Of a stretch of 64,000 bases of DNA, positions 12,649 to 22,693 are shown one piece after another. The stretch's first letter is position 1. The number at the start of each line of letters is the position of its first letter. The notes under the pieces were generated by a model. The model was not told the DNA's origin. It worked only from the letters and a program-made list of their open reading frames with translations, and did not search any database. The DNA is from Candidatus Yanofskybacteria bacterium RIFCSPHIGHO2_01_FULL_44_24 (GTDB lineage: Bacteria; Patescibacteriota; Minisyncoccia; 2-02-FULL-40-12; GWA2-44-9). A program made the translations under genes and the position numbers. The stretch is from the NCBI GenBank assembly GCA_001794215.1, contig MGJK01000002.1:3310-67309 (forward strand), read 5' to 3'.

Positions 12649-13155
12649 TTATCTCCAGTTAAACAAATGAGATTCGACGGTTATAACTTTAGTATCCTTA
12701 CGTTCAGGCCACGAAACTTGGCTTAAAATTTTAATTTCACAATTGCAAGTTCCGACCCTCGATATGCTTATTTTTCGCGTAAAAAGAGAATTACTTCCGG
12801 TTGAGTAGTTATACAGTCCGGTCGTCGAATCTAATTTCAACGGCGGATTTGACCCCAAGGGTATCGGGGCGGCCGAGTCCCACTGGACTACCCAATCGCA
12901 TATTGACTGTCCGCAATCGGCAAGATTTGCGTCAAATAACAAGCCGTTAAACCAGTTGGCATCCCTGATTGATCGGACGACTTCGATCCCTTCGCGGGCT
13001 AAGTTAGAAGCGATCAGATCGTTTTTGATGATACTTGCCAAGTTGTTGGTCACGGTGATCGACATAAAAATCGGAACTAATCCCAAAATCAAAATAAATA
13101 TCGAGATAATTGCTTCAATCAGGGTCATCCCTTTGTTCTTTGGGGTCGTCTTCAT
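12649..13155 (-). CDS. Type IV minor pilin (PilV-like)
   Basis: NKG|MTLIEAII, ASNLAREGIEVVRSIRD. Confidence 0.85.
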   Translation of the reverse strand: MKTTPKNKGMTLIEAIISIFILILGLVPIFMSITVTNNLASIIKNDLIASNLAREGIEVVRSIRDANWFNGLLFDANLADCGQSICDWVVQWDSAAPIPLGSNPPLKLDSTTGLYNYSTGSNSLFTRKISISRVGTCNCEIKILSQVSWPERKDTKVITVESHLFNWR

Positions 13156-13156
13156 T

Positions 13157-13753
13157 TTATGGACAAGATCCGGTTTTGGTTATTTCAACCCTTCCCGAAA
13201 TGTATACGCATATTTTTATGCAGTTTTTGTTGCCGGTATTGCATTGCTGCTTGGTAACGCCGATTTTTCTAATAACAACTTCTTCGGGCTGGGATTGGGT
13301 CTGGGTGTTGCCGATATAGGTTTGGGGGTCCGGCGGTTCATAGTATATGTCCTTAAATCTCGGATTCGTTTCAAATTCTAAGCGCGAATCGAGCACCACC
13401 GTTTTAAATGTCGGGGTGTCCTGGCTGGTCTGCCAGGCTCTCGAACTGCAGTTGGCCGTTGAGGCGGGTCCGGCGTAAATAATATACGTTTGACTGCTGG
13501 ATTGATCCTGGTGGACACCGTATCCGCAGCGGCTGACCGGCTGAGAGTCCAATGGTCCCTGATATTTACGGGCTGATATCGCGTAAGCCTGGGTATTTCT
13601 AAGATCTGACAACACGACGTTTGCGACTCTTTCTATGTTGAGCTGCGTCGTAAAATTTCTGATAAGGGTGATCGTAAGAAAAGAGGTGATGGTGATTACG
13701 ACTAAAAGGTCGACGAGGCTGAATCCGGCCGGCTTTTTAAAAAAAATTAACAT
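13157..13753 (-). CDS. Type IV minor pilin (FimT/FimU-like)
   Basis: AG|FSLVDLLVV (Asp in place of Glu5), Cys pairs. Confidence 0.8.
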   Translation of the reverse strand: MLIFFKKPAGFSLVDLLVVITITSFLTITLIRNFTTQLNIERVANVVLSDLRNTQAYAISARKYQGPLDSQPVSRCGYGVHQDQSSSQTYIIYAGPASTANCSSRAWQTSQDTPTFKTVVLDSRLEFETNPRFKDIYYEPPDPQTYIGNTQTQSQPEEVVIRKIGVTKQQCNTGNKNCIKICVYISGRVEITKTGSCP

Positions 13754-13762
13754 ATCCGGATT

Positions 13763-14254
13763 TTATTCTTGGTTAATCTCGATAATATCGCCGACCTGTA
13801 CTTTTATCTTGTTCAGATCTTCGGAATTAATTCTGCCGCGGTTGAGATAAAAGGCCAGGTTTTTGGGTAAGGCGGAGCCATAACCGTTTATTTCGGCTAT
13901 TTCGGTTGTATTATCAGGACGGATATAGTATCGAATATGGATTTGTCCGGCTGCGGCAGAAGCAATCAGGGCATCCAATACGGTCATGTTCTCGGTTACC
14001 TCTCCCTGAAACATTCTGGGTCCGTTTTCTATGGATATTATGAGCGTTGCGGTACCGGCCGATTTAAGATCGGGATAGGCGGTTATTGACCAGATAATAA
14101 ATACGGCCGAAATAGAGAGAGTTAAAATCAAAAGAAACCAAACCAGAGGAGCTTCAGTTCCCCTGAGAATTTTGGACAGCCTAAACTCTATAAGTTTTCG
14201 CAAATTTAAAAATTTAGAAGAATAAGTTGATAAACTGAATTTTTTGTATTTCAT
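13763..14254 (-). CDS. Membrane-anchored DUF4430/transcobalamin C-terminal-like beta-grasp protein
   Basis: TM helix followed by TVLDAL..IAEING..FYLN..VQVGDIIE pattern; start uncertain. Confidence 0.55.
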   Translation of the reverse strand: MKYKKFSLSTYSSKFLNLRKLIEFRLSKILRGTEAPLVWFLLILTLSISAVFIIWSITAYPDLKSAGTATLIISIENGPRMFQGEVTENMTVLDALIASAAAGQIHIRYYIRPDNTTEIAEINGYGSALPKNLAFYLNRGRINSEDLNKIKVQVGDIIEINQE

Positions 14255-14978
14255 TCTGAAAGATAACGAATAGTATTGTTACTGCCGATAAGAATGATCC
14301 AAACGGCAAGGCGGTTTTTAGATCAGCTTTCTTCAGGGCCATCAGCAGGGTTCCGAACAATGCCGCAACCCAGACCGAAATTATTATTGCGAATAATCCG
14401 AACGGGTAGCCCAGAATCAGTCCGATCGCAAACGACAATTTAGCGTCTCCCAGGCCCATCCACTCCCCTTTCGAGATTATATATATCATAGCAAAAAAGG
14501 TTCCGAAGATAAAAGCAGAAATAAGGCCATTGTAAAAATGAGACCTTCCCGCAAATGATAAGAACAGGAAAGACGAGGCGACCATCAGGAGAGTAACCTT
14601 GTCGGGGATAATCAAATATAGAATGTCAAAAAAAACCAGCATCACCAGCAGCAGTAGGATAAAAAGGCTGTATAGAGATAGGGCGCCCAACCCAAGCCCG
14701 TTCATGAGGAAGTAGAGAGTTATAACGCAGGCGGTGGTCAGTTCCACGATAGGGTATATGGCCGATAACTTTTTCTTGCAGTACCGGCATCGGCCTTTGA
14801 TTTGCAGATAGCTGAACAAGGGAAAAAGATCATACCACTTGAGCCGGGCAAGGCATTTGGTGCATTTGGATCTTCCCAGGAATATTCCACCTTCCCGATC
14901 CAGGCGGAATAAGACGACGTTTATAAAACTTCCGATAACTAAACCCAAAACAAAAGTAAAAACATAGAAGATAGCCAT
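14214..14978 (-). CDS. pilD: Prepilin peptidase
   Basis: GSFINVV, CTKC..CRYC zinc site, MGLGDAKL, LPFGSFL. Confidence 0.95.
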   Translation of the reverse strand: MAIFYVFTFVLGLVIGSFINVVLFRLDREGGIFLGRSKCTKCLARLKWYDLFPLFSYLQIKGRCRYCKKKLSAIYPIVELTTACVITLYFLMNGLGLGALSLYSLFILLLLVMLVFFDILYLIIPDKVTLLMVASSFLFLSFAGRSHFYNGLISAFIFGTFFAMIYIISKGEWMGLGDAKLSFAIGLILGYPFGLFAIIISVWVAALFGTLLMALKKADLKTALPFGSFLSAVTILFVIFQNEIQKIQFINLFF

Positions 14979-15003
14979 GAGGATATATTAATACAATATG
15001 GCC

Positions 15004-15040
15004 CTAAACAAAACTCCCCATTCCGGGGAGTTTTGTTTAG
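15004..15040 (-). terminator. Intrinsic terminator after major pilin
   Basis: CTAAACAAAACTCCCC/GGGGAGTTTTGTTTAG inverted repeat. Confidence 0.8.
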
Positions 15041-15048
15041 TAAAGAGA

Positions 15049-15618
15049 TTAGTTCTGTCCGGTATCGTATACGCAATCTATAGCCGTACCCGATGCGCAA
15101 GTCTCCACACCTCCGTCTTGGTTGTCTGTCGGGTTTCCGATCCAAGCGCCTCCAGCTCCGGCACCACCAGTGGTTGAATTGAGATCAGCATCTGCGGCAA
15201 AGGCGGGAGCGTTTCTTCTCTCAAGTTCAGTCCAAAGATGAAACCTTCGGGGGCTGGCAGGATCCCAGGTATAGCGGTAACCTGCTCCATTCAAAGGATC
15301 GACTGGCAAGTTTGGAGATGAAAGATAGGGACCAAGGTTTCCATTGTTACCGCCAGTACAGTTACCGGTAGCGCCGACATTACACAGCGGTCCGATCGGA
15401 TAGATACCGGCGTTGTCATCAAAGAACAACTCAACAGCCGTTCTCAGCTGGCTTACGTCGGCGATACGCTTGGCGTCTCTTGCCTTTGCTCGGGCAGTAC
15501 CCAACTGCAAAAGGACTAAAGTAGCCAAGACTCCGATTATGGCTATAACGACTAGCAACTCGACCAAGGTGAAACCCTTAGAAAGGTTTGCATTCCTATA
15601 CTTTTTTAGAATCGACAC
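15049..15618 (-). CDS. Major type IV pilin
   Basis: KG|[32 protein letters not shown]; own promoter, SD and terminator. Confidence 0.9.
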   Translation of the reverse strand: MSILKKYRNANLSKGFTLVELLVVIAIIGVLATLVLLQLGTARAKARDAKRIADVSQLRTAVELFFDDNAGIYPIGPLCNVGATGNCTGGNNGNLGPYLSSPNLPVDPLNGAGYRYTWDPASPRRFHLWTELERRNAPAFAADADLNSTTGGAGAGGAWIGNPTDNQDGGVETCASGTAIDCVYDTGQN

Positions 15619-15770
15619 TTTTTTGAGCTCCTAACGGCTGTGCCGGTAATCGGTAGATGCTACCAAGAGCCAATCACCGCCCTCAGGGCTTGTTTAAACC
15701 GAATTTTTAACCTAAATACATTATAGTCTTATCGGCGGATACCGCAAAACCAAGATATCCACACGACCGA

Positions 15771-16982
15771 TCAGCCGAAGCCGACTATGTTGTATATCGG
15801 AAGCAGGATGCTGGATACGAGGATAGCGACTCCGAAGCCCAACAGGAGCACCAAGATAGGTTCTATCAGCTGGGAAATGTTTTGAATTGAGTCCTCCGAT
15901 TCCGATTTATAAAACTTGGCGATATGTTCGAGTATGTAATCCAATTTTCCCGTGCGTTCACCCACTGACATCATCGAAGCGAATAAAGAAGGTATTTCTT
16001 TGGGATGCTTAGATATCGCGTCGGATATGTTTCCTCCGCTTCTGACATTTTCGGAGGCCTGGGCGATGATGTCGCGGTAAATAACGTTTCCGACAAGATC
16101 CCCGGTCAGTTTAAGCGAGTCGAGTATCGGGATTCCGGACTTGATAAGCGTAGACAAGCTCTCGGCGATTCGGGCAAGGTAGAGGTTGCGGGCTACCGAT
16201 CCAAGGCTCGGAATGCTTATTTTGAGTTTATCGAGGTAGTTGCGGCCAGCTTCAGTTTTAATATATGAGTATCCGAAGAACCCGGCTCCCACGATAAATA
16301 TGGCAAAGGGTATTTTGTATTTATTGACGTTGTCGGTTACGAATATGAGAATTCTTGTAGTCAACGGCAGTTCTACGGCTCCAAACTCTTCAAAGATAGA
16401 AAGAAGGTTCGGCAACACGTAGACAGTCATTATTATTGCCACTAAAACAAGAGAAAAAAGTACGAAGGCCGGATATGCCAATGCGCCTTTTATTTTTGAG
16501 TTTATTCCCTGAGTTCTCTCAAGATAGTTGGCTAAGTAAAGAAGCGACTGGTGAAGACGGCCGGACACCTCGCCCGACTGGACGAGCATAATATAAAAGC
16601 CGGAGAATAGCTGAGGGTAAAGAGACAGGGCGATAGATAGGGATGAGCCTCCCTCGATAGCTTCAGATACATCGGTGATGACTTTCTTAAAAGAAGTCTT
16701 TTCTTCCTGGGCGGCTAAAGTTCTTAGGCTCTCGTTCAAAGGAACGTCCGCATCAATTAAAACCGACAGCTGGCGCGTAAAAGCGACTATGTCTTTATTT
16801 TTGGGTCTCTGAAGATACTTGCCGATATCAAGATTCAGCCCGCCTTTTTCTACGGGATGGATAGAGACAATGACGTAATCTTTGCCATGAAGCACGTCCA
16901 CGGCGACGTTTTCATTGGGGGCATTGATCGTTCCTTCGATAATTTCTCCCGTTCTGATTTTGGCTTTATATTGAAAAAGCAA
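15771..16982 (-). CDS. pilC: Type IV pilus platform protein (T2SS F family)
   Basis: FTRQLSVLIDADVPL, GEVSG, GERTGKLD, LIEPIL. Confidence 0.95.
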   Translation of the reverse strand: MLFQYKAKIRTGEIIEGTINAPNENVAVDVLHGKDYVIVSIHPVEKGGLNLDIGKYLQRPKNKDIVAFTRQLSVLIDADVPLNESLRTLAAQEEKTSFKKVITDVSEAIEGGSSLSIALSLYPQLFSGFYIMLVQSGEVSGRLHQSLLYLANYLERTQGINSKIKGALAYPAFVLFSLVLVAIIMTVYVLPNLLSIFEEFGAVELPLTTRILIFVTDNVNKYKIPFAIFIVGAGFFGYSYIKTEAGRNYLDKLKISIPSLGSVARNLYLARIAESLSTLIKSGIPILDSLKLTGDLVGNVIYRDIIAQASENVRSGGNISDAISKHPKEIPSLFASMMSVGERTGKLDYILEHIAKFYKSESEDSIQNISQLIEPILVLLLGFGVAILVSSILLPIYNIVGFG

Positions 16983-17034
16983 GAGAATTAGAAAAAGTTA
17001 AAATAAAAATTCAAGGTTAAATTGGAGCTCAAAA

Positions 17035-18102
17035 CTATCGGGCTAATTCCTTAAGCTCGGCCGGGTTAAGGGAATAGAATTCGGCCCGTTCCATATCTAT
17101 CACCTTCTTTCTCACCAAGTCGGCCAAGGATCTGTTGAGAGAAATCATACCGACGTCCTGGCTGGTTTCTATGACTAAGTCGAGCTGGCGAGGCCGGTTG
17201 TCCCTGATCAGCGTCCGGACTGCCGGATTTGCTATCATGACTTCAACCGCCGGAGCAAGGCCGCCTTTTATAGCCGGAACAAGCCTTTGGGATATTATTC
17301 CCGAGATGGTGCTGGCAAGCTGGTTTCTTATCTGCGGCTGTTGATTGGGCGGAAAGCTGTCGATGATCCTTTCTATTGTTTGGGGAGCGCTGTTGGTGTG
17401 CAGAGAGGCGAAAACCAAGTGACCGGTCTCGGCGGCAGTTACGGCGGCGCTCATTGTTTCATAGTCCCTCATTTCGCCGACCATCACTACATTTACATTT
17501 TGTCTAAAGGCAGAACGCAGGGCTTTATGAAAAGAAAATGTATCCTGATAGACTTCTCTCTGGTCAATAACGCTTTTTTCCGGTACAAACATATATTCTA
17601 TGGGGTCTTCAATGGTCAGTATCTTTTCTGCCCGTTCTTTATTGATTAGGTCGATAATAGCCGCCAAGGTTGTCGATTTTCCATGTCCGTTCGGCCCCAC
17701 GACCATTACAAAGCCTTGCGATAATTTCGAGAATACTTTTATAATCTGCGGCAGTCCGAGTTCTTCGATGGTTTTAATGCTGTCGGGAATAAGCCTGAGG
17801 GTGGCGGCTACCCTTCCCCGGGTATAGTAAGCGTTGACCCTGAATCTTGTTCCCTGAGCCGATTCATAAGAAAAGTCCATCTCTTTTTCGGACAGAAATC
17901 TTGACCGCCTTTCTTCTCCCAGCAGTACCGCCACCAATCCCCCGAGGGTTTCGTAGTCCAGGATTTTTTTACTGGACAACGGTATAAGGTGGCCGTCTAT
18001 CCGCATAATCGGGTAGTTTCCGGGGGATAAATGCAAGTCGGAAGCCCCGTTTTGGGCTGTTGCCACCAGTAACTCCTCCATGTATTGCTTGTAGTCGGCC
18101 AT
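17035..18102 (-). CDS. pilT: Type IV pilus retraction ATPase
   Basis: ASDLHL, GPNGHGKSTT, TIEDPIE, GEMRD, AETGHLVFASLHTN. Confidence 0.95.
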   Translation of the reverse strand: MADYKQYMEELLVATAQNGASDLHLSPGNYPIMRIDGHLIPLSSKKILDYETLGGLVAVLLGEERRSRFLSEKEMDFSYESAQGTRFRVNAYYTRGRVAATLRLIPDSIKTIEELGLPQIIKVFSKLSQGFVMVVGPNGHGKSTTLAAIIDLINKERAEKILTIEDPIEYMFVPEKSVIDQREVYQDTFSFHKALRSAFRQNVNVVMVGEMRDYETMSAAVTAAETGHLVFASLHTNSAPQTIERIIDSFPPNQQPQIRNQLASTISGIISQRLVPAIKGGLAPAVEVMIANPAVRTLIRDNRPRQLDLVIETSQDVGMISLNRSLADLVRKKVIDMERAEFYSLNPAELKELAR

Positions 18103-18223
18103 GTCGTTTCGCTAAGTTAAAAGCTGAAAAGTCAAAGTTAAAAATTATAGAATTTCAAAATTCTGTTGATCAAATTTTGAAAAACTTAATCTTTCATTTT
18201 GTCTTCGTCTTTTGACTATTAAA

Positions 18224-19975
18224 CTAACTGGTTTCTTCTTCCTGAGCCACCTCAAGAAGCTCTTCTAATGATACTACACCCTTTAGGACCTTTAAAATTC
18301 CATCCTGGAACATTGTAATCATTCCTTGCTTTTTAGCTTCTTCGCGCATCGCTGATTCTGAAATGACGGTCAGTATTATCTTCTCAAGCTCGGTTGTCAT
18401 CTCAAGCATCTCGAAGATGGCGATACGGCCGCGGAACGCTTTTCCGCCGCACAGCTTGCACGGATTCTCAAGGTTGGGCTTGGATATCTCATACCCGCTC
18501 TTAGATAGCATATTTTTTCTGTATTGTTCCGGCATTCCTGCAAGGGCGGCGTTGATGATATTCTCCTCGGCATTATTAGCTTTGATTTTGAGCTTGCAGT
18601 CGGAACATAACCGTCTTAAAAGCCTTTGTGCGACCGCCACGTTAAGAGTCGGCGGTATAAGATATTTTTCCACTCCCATGTCAACCAACCGCGGGATTAC
18701 GCCCAGGGCGTCGTTGGTGTGCAGAGTGGATAAAACTATATGGCCGGTTAAAGCCGCCTGGGTAGCTAAGGCAGCCGTTTCCTTGTCTCGGATTTCTCCG
18801 ACCATTATTACATCGGGGTCCTGACGGAGAATGTGCCTTAAGCCGGATGCGAAGGTATAGCCTATTTCTTCATGAATTTGGGACTGATTTACTCCGTCAA
18901 CGAAGTATTCTATCGGATCTTCAAGGGTTACGATGTTAATGTCCTCGTTGTTCATTTTTTTGAGTATACCGGCTAAAGTCGTTGATTTTCCCGAACCGGT
19001 CGGACCGGTTATAAGGATGCTGCCGAACGGTCTATTCATCGCTCTTTCCAAAACCTCCGCTGATCTTCCCTCAACTCCAAGATCGGGCAAGTCAATTTTG
19101 TTGGTCAGGGGATCAAGAATACGCATAACGACCTTCTCTCCATTCTTGGTAGGGAAGGTAGATACGCGAAAATCTATTTTCCTTCGCTTCAGTATCGTCG
19201 AGAATCTTCCGTCCTGGGCAAGCCTGGTCTCGTCTATTTTTAAATTGGATAAAACCTTAATTCTGGTTAAAACGGCGGAATGGATGTTTCTGGGCAGAAC
19301 TAAAGATGAAACCAGAACTCCGTCTATTCTGAATCTGACCCTGACCTTATCCTCAAAAGGCTCAATGTGGATATCTGATGCCCGTGACTCAACGGCGTAC
19401 TTTACCACCGAGGCAACTATTTTAGTAATGGCGCCCTCGGAAGTTATCTGTTCTATTGTTTTCGGGGTGATTTTTTCCTGTTCTTCCAATTCTTCCGACA
19501 GGGATTCAAGCACCTTTCCGACCTCGCCGGTCAAAGAACCGTAGTTGCGGACGATATTTTCGAAATCCTTATTGCTTACGATGTACCGTTCAAGGGTCAA
19601 ACCCCGGTCTTCCGCGATAAACTTAAGGGCCTCAAGGGCGTCAACGTCTTCCGGGTTGACTATTCCGACCCTGAGGACATTCCCCTCTTTTGCGAAGGGC
19701 ACTATTCTGTAGAAGTTAACGACGTCTTCCGATATTTCTTTCAGGGCTTCTTTATCGATGTCTATTCCTTCGAGGCTCATCAAGGGAAGATGATAAAGCC
19801 TGCTCCTGATATTGAGCAAGTCGGTGGCAGATATCATGTTCTTGTCGATCAGTACTTGTCCGAAATCCTTGTCTTCCTCTTTTGCTGTCTGCTCTAAAAC
19901 ATCAACGTCTTCGGCGCTGATAATCTTTAATTTCAGAAGCTCCTGTATCAGGGTAGATGGAATTTTGATGGGCAT
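18224..19975 (-). CDS. pilB: Type IV pilus assembly ATPase (PilB/GspE)
   Basis: ASDIHIEP, GPTGSGKSTT, LRQDPDVIMVGEIRD, CSDC..CKLC. Confidence 0.95.
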   Translation of the reverse strand: MPIKIPSTLIQELLKLKIISAEDVDVLEQTAKEEDKDFGQVLIDKNMISATDLLNIRSRLYHLPLMSLEGIDIDKEALKEISEDVVNFYRIVPFAKEGNVLRVGIVNPEDVDALEALKFIAEDRGLTLERYIVSNKDFENIVRNYGSLTGEVGKVLESLSEELEEQEKITPKTIEQITSEGAITKIVASVVKYAVESRASDIHIEPFEDKVRVRFRIDGVLVSSLVLPRNIHSAVLTRIKVLSNLKIDETRLAQDGRFSTILKRRKIDFRVSTFPTKNGEKVVMRILDPLTNKIDLPDLGVEGRSAEVLERAMNRPFGSILITGPTGSGKSTTLAGILKKMNNEDINIVTLEDPIEYFVDGVNQSQIHEEIGYTFASGLRHILRQDPDVIMVGEIRDKETAALATQAALTGHIVLSTLHTNDALGVIPRLVDMGVEKYLIPPTLNVAVAQRLLRRLCSDCKLKIKANNAEENIINAALAGMPEQYRKNMLSKSGYEISKPNLENPCKLCGGKAFRGRIAIFEMLEMTTELEKIILTVISESAMREEAKKQGMITMFQDGILKVLKGVVSLEELLEVAQEEETS

Positions 19976-19976
19976 A

Positions 19977-20246
19977 TTATTCTATTGGGGCGAAAACATT
20001 TGTTTTTCCGGTGTTGCCCGGTTTAACCGGCGATTCTCCAAACTGAATCAGGGTTTTGTAGGTCTCATTTTCAAAAACAGAAAAATCCAAGTTTATATTG
20101 GCCGCGCTTTTAAGATCGTCCTTTTCTATGTCAATCGGCAAAGGTATCGGCGGGTCCGGTTCACCGGCGGCTTCAGTATAGTAAAAGTAACCGGCAACAA
20201 GGCCGAGGAGAATGATTATGATTAGTAATATTTTATTTTGTCCCAT
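19977..20246 (-). CDS. Small membrane-anchored pilus-locus protein (PilP position)
   Basis: N-terminal TM, C-terminal GKTNVFAP; lies between pilO and pilB. Confidence 0.65.
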   Translation of the reverse strand: MGQNKILLIIIILLGLVAGYFYYTEAAGEPDPPIPLPIDIEKDDLKSAANINLDFSVFENETYKTLIQFGESPVKPGNTGKTNVFAPIE

Positions 20247-20257
20247 ATCTTTAAACG

Positions 20258-20860
20258 CTACTCCGTTATATTTGTTTTAATTTCTCTTTGAGTCTGGGCC
20301 TTAGCTTTTACGATCTCCTCGATGTTTTTGAGAAAGTAAGAAACGGCTTTAATCTGAAATGTTAGCAGCGAGCTATTCTTGGAGGCATCTTTTGGAGACA
20401 TGGAGATGCTAAGAAGATCGGTCAGGCGGACATTTTTTTCTATACTGCCGATGAAGTTAATCATCCCGTCGTAATCGGTTTCTGTTCCTAATTCCAGCGA
20501 CACCGTGTCATAGTTGTCAATCGAGGCGTTGGTGGCGGCTCCTATGTTGATATCCCCCAATTGTATCCCCGTCTGCGATGATATGTCTTGCAGGCTTGAA
20601 ATAATCTCTGGTATTTCCGGTTTTTTAGGAACCACCAGGTCCAAACGCTTAATATCGGAAGATCTTTCCTGGTATTGACCGTACATATTTTCTATTTTGG
20701 CAACCATTTGTTCTCGAGATGAAAGCAGAGCCTCTCTTTCGCTTATGATTTCCCGAAAAAGAGAGACGGAGTCATAGGTAGGCATAACCCACGCCCAGAA
20801 GGCGAAACATGCGGCTGAAATCAAGCCGGATATAAGCAGGTTTTTAGTTCCCTGATTCAT
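20258..20860 (-). CDS. pilO: Type IV pilus alignment protein PilO
   Basis: TM, coiled coil, VPKKPEIPEII, YDGMINFIGSIEKNVRL; gene order pilM-N-O. Confidence 0.8.
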   Translation of the reverse strand: MNQGTKNLLISGLISAACFAFWAWVMPTYDSVSLFREIISEREALLSSREQMVAKIENMYGQYQERSSDIKRLDLVVPKKPEIPEIISSLQDISSQTGIQLGDINIGAATNASIDNYDTVSLELGTETDYDGMINFIGSIEKNVRLTDLLSISMSPKDASKNSSLLTFQIKAVSYFLKNIEEIVKAKAQTQREIKTNITE

Positions 20861-21413
20861 GGTTGGGTATTATTCTTGATTTATCAAAATCTATCTCTAC
20901 TCCAAATTCCAATTTTCCGTTAGTGCCTAAGGTTATTTTTCCTATAGTCAGCTTTTTTATAAAATCGTCGGAAAGAAAAGAGGCTATTTGGCGGGCAACG
21001 ACCATGTAATTAAGGGCTTCTACCTTCATACTGATTTTTCCCCGAGATATTTCCAAGGAAAAATTAGCCGCTCGAGCCTGTTTATTCAATAGGCTTGCTA
21101 TCTTATCGAAGGCCGTAGTTGCAAGAGCATGATTTTTAACAAGGGTAGAAATTGTTTTTAGCTGGATTTCAGCAATTCTTAGGTCTCTTTCCTGATTCTT
21201 GTCTCTTCGCTGTTCGTTATCGCCGAATCGCTGATTCAGGTCCGTAATCTTATTGTCGAGGCCCATCTTGTAAAAGGTCAAGCCCAAAGCCAAAACTACC
21301 ACAACCGAGAGTATGGCTATCCCGATATACAAAAACTTGTTTTCTCCCGGCCTTTTTAACTTAAGATCTTTCCTTGTTTCCGGAAGTAGTTGTATTCCTC
21401 CTATGTCGGGCAT
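20844..21413 (-). CDS. pilN: Type IV pilus alignment protein PilN-like
   Basis: IQLLP motif, TM, coiled coil; lies between pilM and pilO. Confidence 0.7.
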   Translation of the reverse strand: MPDIGGIQLLPETRKDLKLKRPGENKFLYIGIAILSVVVVLALGLTFYKMGLDNKITDLNQRFGDNEQRRDKNQERDLRIAEIQLKTISTLVKNHALATTAFDKIASLLNKQARAANFSLEISRGKISMKVEALNYMVVARQIASFLSDDFIKKLTIGKITLGTNGKLEFGVEIDFDKSRIIPNHESGN

Positions 21414-21545
21414 TTATTTTCATCTAAATAGCCGTCTATATTATTGTAGCATTTATAAGGAGCAAGGTAATCAACAAGCAAGCCGTCGAAGGTTTTAACT
21501 TCGGCTCGAGAGTCTCGGCTTTGGGTCGGGTTAAGCAAATACCGG

Positions 21546-22655
21546 TTAAATTTCCCTCATGGCCAATCCTATAGCTACGGAAAGGGTGTTTCCTATGCTC
21601 GGTAAAACCGCAGACAGTTCTTGAGGATAGACTACCCTGGAGAAAGGGTTTCCCGCAACAATGTCTCTTCCCAATTTGCTTTTGAAGTATTCAAGGAAAT
21701 AAGGAATATTAGCCACCCCCCCGACCAAAAGAACCTTGGATAGAGTGAGATTCTTCGCTTCCTCGTAATTGGTCAGTGTCTTTCTGGTTTCAAAAGCCAT
21801 CATATCAATAAGCGATGCGACGGATTCGTTTATCACATTCTCGTCTCCCTCCTTCATTCCGAACTTCATTTTCAGTTCGTCGGCCTTTTCGAGGCTTATA
21901 CTCAGGGATCTGGCTATGGATTTAGTAATTTCAAATCCTCCTATCTCGTAATTATGGCTTATTCTCTCATAGCCCTTGTTCACTATTGTTATAGATGTGC
22001 TGCGGCCTCCTATGTTGACTATAGCTATCGGACTCAAGTCGTTTCCGATTAAGCCCCTTATCAGGGCGGCGTTTTCAAGCTCAAGCGCCCGGAGAGTTAA
22101 TCCGGCGCTTTTCATTATGTTTAGGTATTTTTGAGTTTCTTCTCGGGATACCGCGGCCAAGAATATTTCGACGGTGGACGGCTTCTGCTCTTTGACGATC
22201 CTGTCTTTGCCGGCAGTTATCTGGCCCGGATTAAGCACTTCAATAATTGACCAGTCCAAGACTACGTCCTTGATGGGAATCGGAATGTATTTCTTTGCCT
22301 CAAAGGCAATTGCCTTAGCAAGATCTTCTCCCGACAGGTATGGCATCTCGATTACAGTGCCGAAAGTGGAAACAGCCGGTATGGAGGCTACGGCATCCCG
22401 GGATTTCATATCTGCTTTTTTGATGATTTCCTGTATTCCCCATACTATTTCTTCGTCGGGCAATTTTAGGATGCCCCGGTCCCGAGCCATCTGGTTTTCG
22501 GCAGTACTGTCCGTTCTGACGTTTTTTAATTCAAAAATCCCGTAATTTAATAAGGTAAAACGGCCCCCATCTTTTTCAAGCTCCGCTATCTTTATCGAAG
22601 AAGTTCCGATGTCGATGCCAAGCTTGCTTTTTGCCCTGAAAGGGTTCAGACTCAT
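21546..22655 (-). CDS. pilM: Type IV pilus assembly protein PilM
   Basis: LGIDIGTSSIKIAEL, FEAKKYIP, NIGGRST, VAIGLAMR. Confidence 0.93.
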   Translation of the reverse strand: MSLNPFRAKSKLGIDIGTSSIKIAELEKDGGRFTLLNYGIFELKNVRTDSTAENQMARDRGILKLPDEEIVWGIQEIIKKADMKSRDAVASIPAVSTFGTVIEMPYLSGEDLAKAIAFEAKKYIPIPIKDVVLDWSIIEVLNPGQITAGKDRIVKEQKPSTVEIFLAAVSREETQKYLNIMKSAGLTLRALELENAALIRGLIGNDLSPIAIVNIGGRSTSITIVNKGYERISHNYEIGGFEITKSIARSLSISLEKADELKMKFGMKEGDENVINESVASLIDMMAFETRKTLTNYEEAKNLTLSKVLLVGGVANIPYFLEYFKSKLGRDIVAGNPFSRVVYPQELSAVLPSIGNTLSVAIGLAMREI

Positions 22656-22693
22656 TGTGATAATTATACCATAAGTAAGTTTGACCCATAAAT

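Noticed and set aside
18363-20225. Long antisense ORFs over pilB (similar ones over ligA, GT2, E2, polA and pnp)
   Set aside because: They are antisense shadows of well-supported genes.
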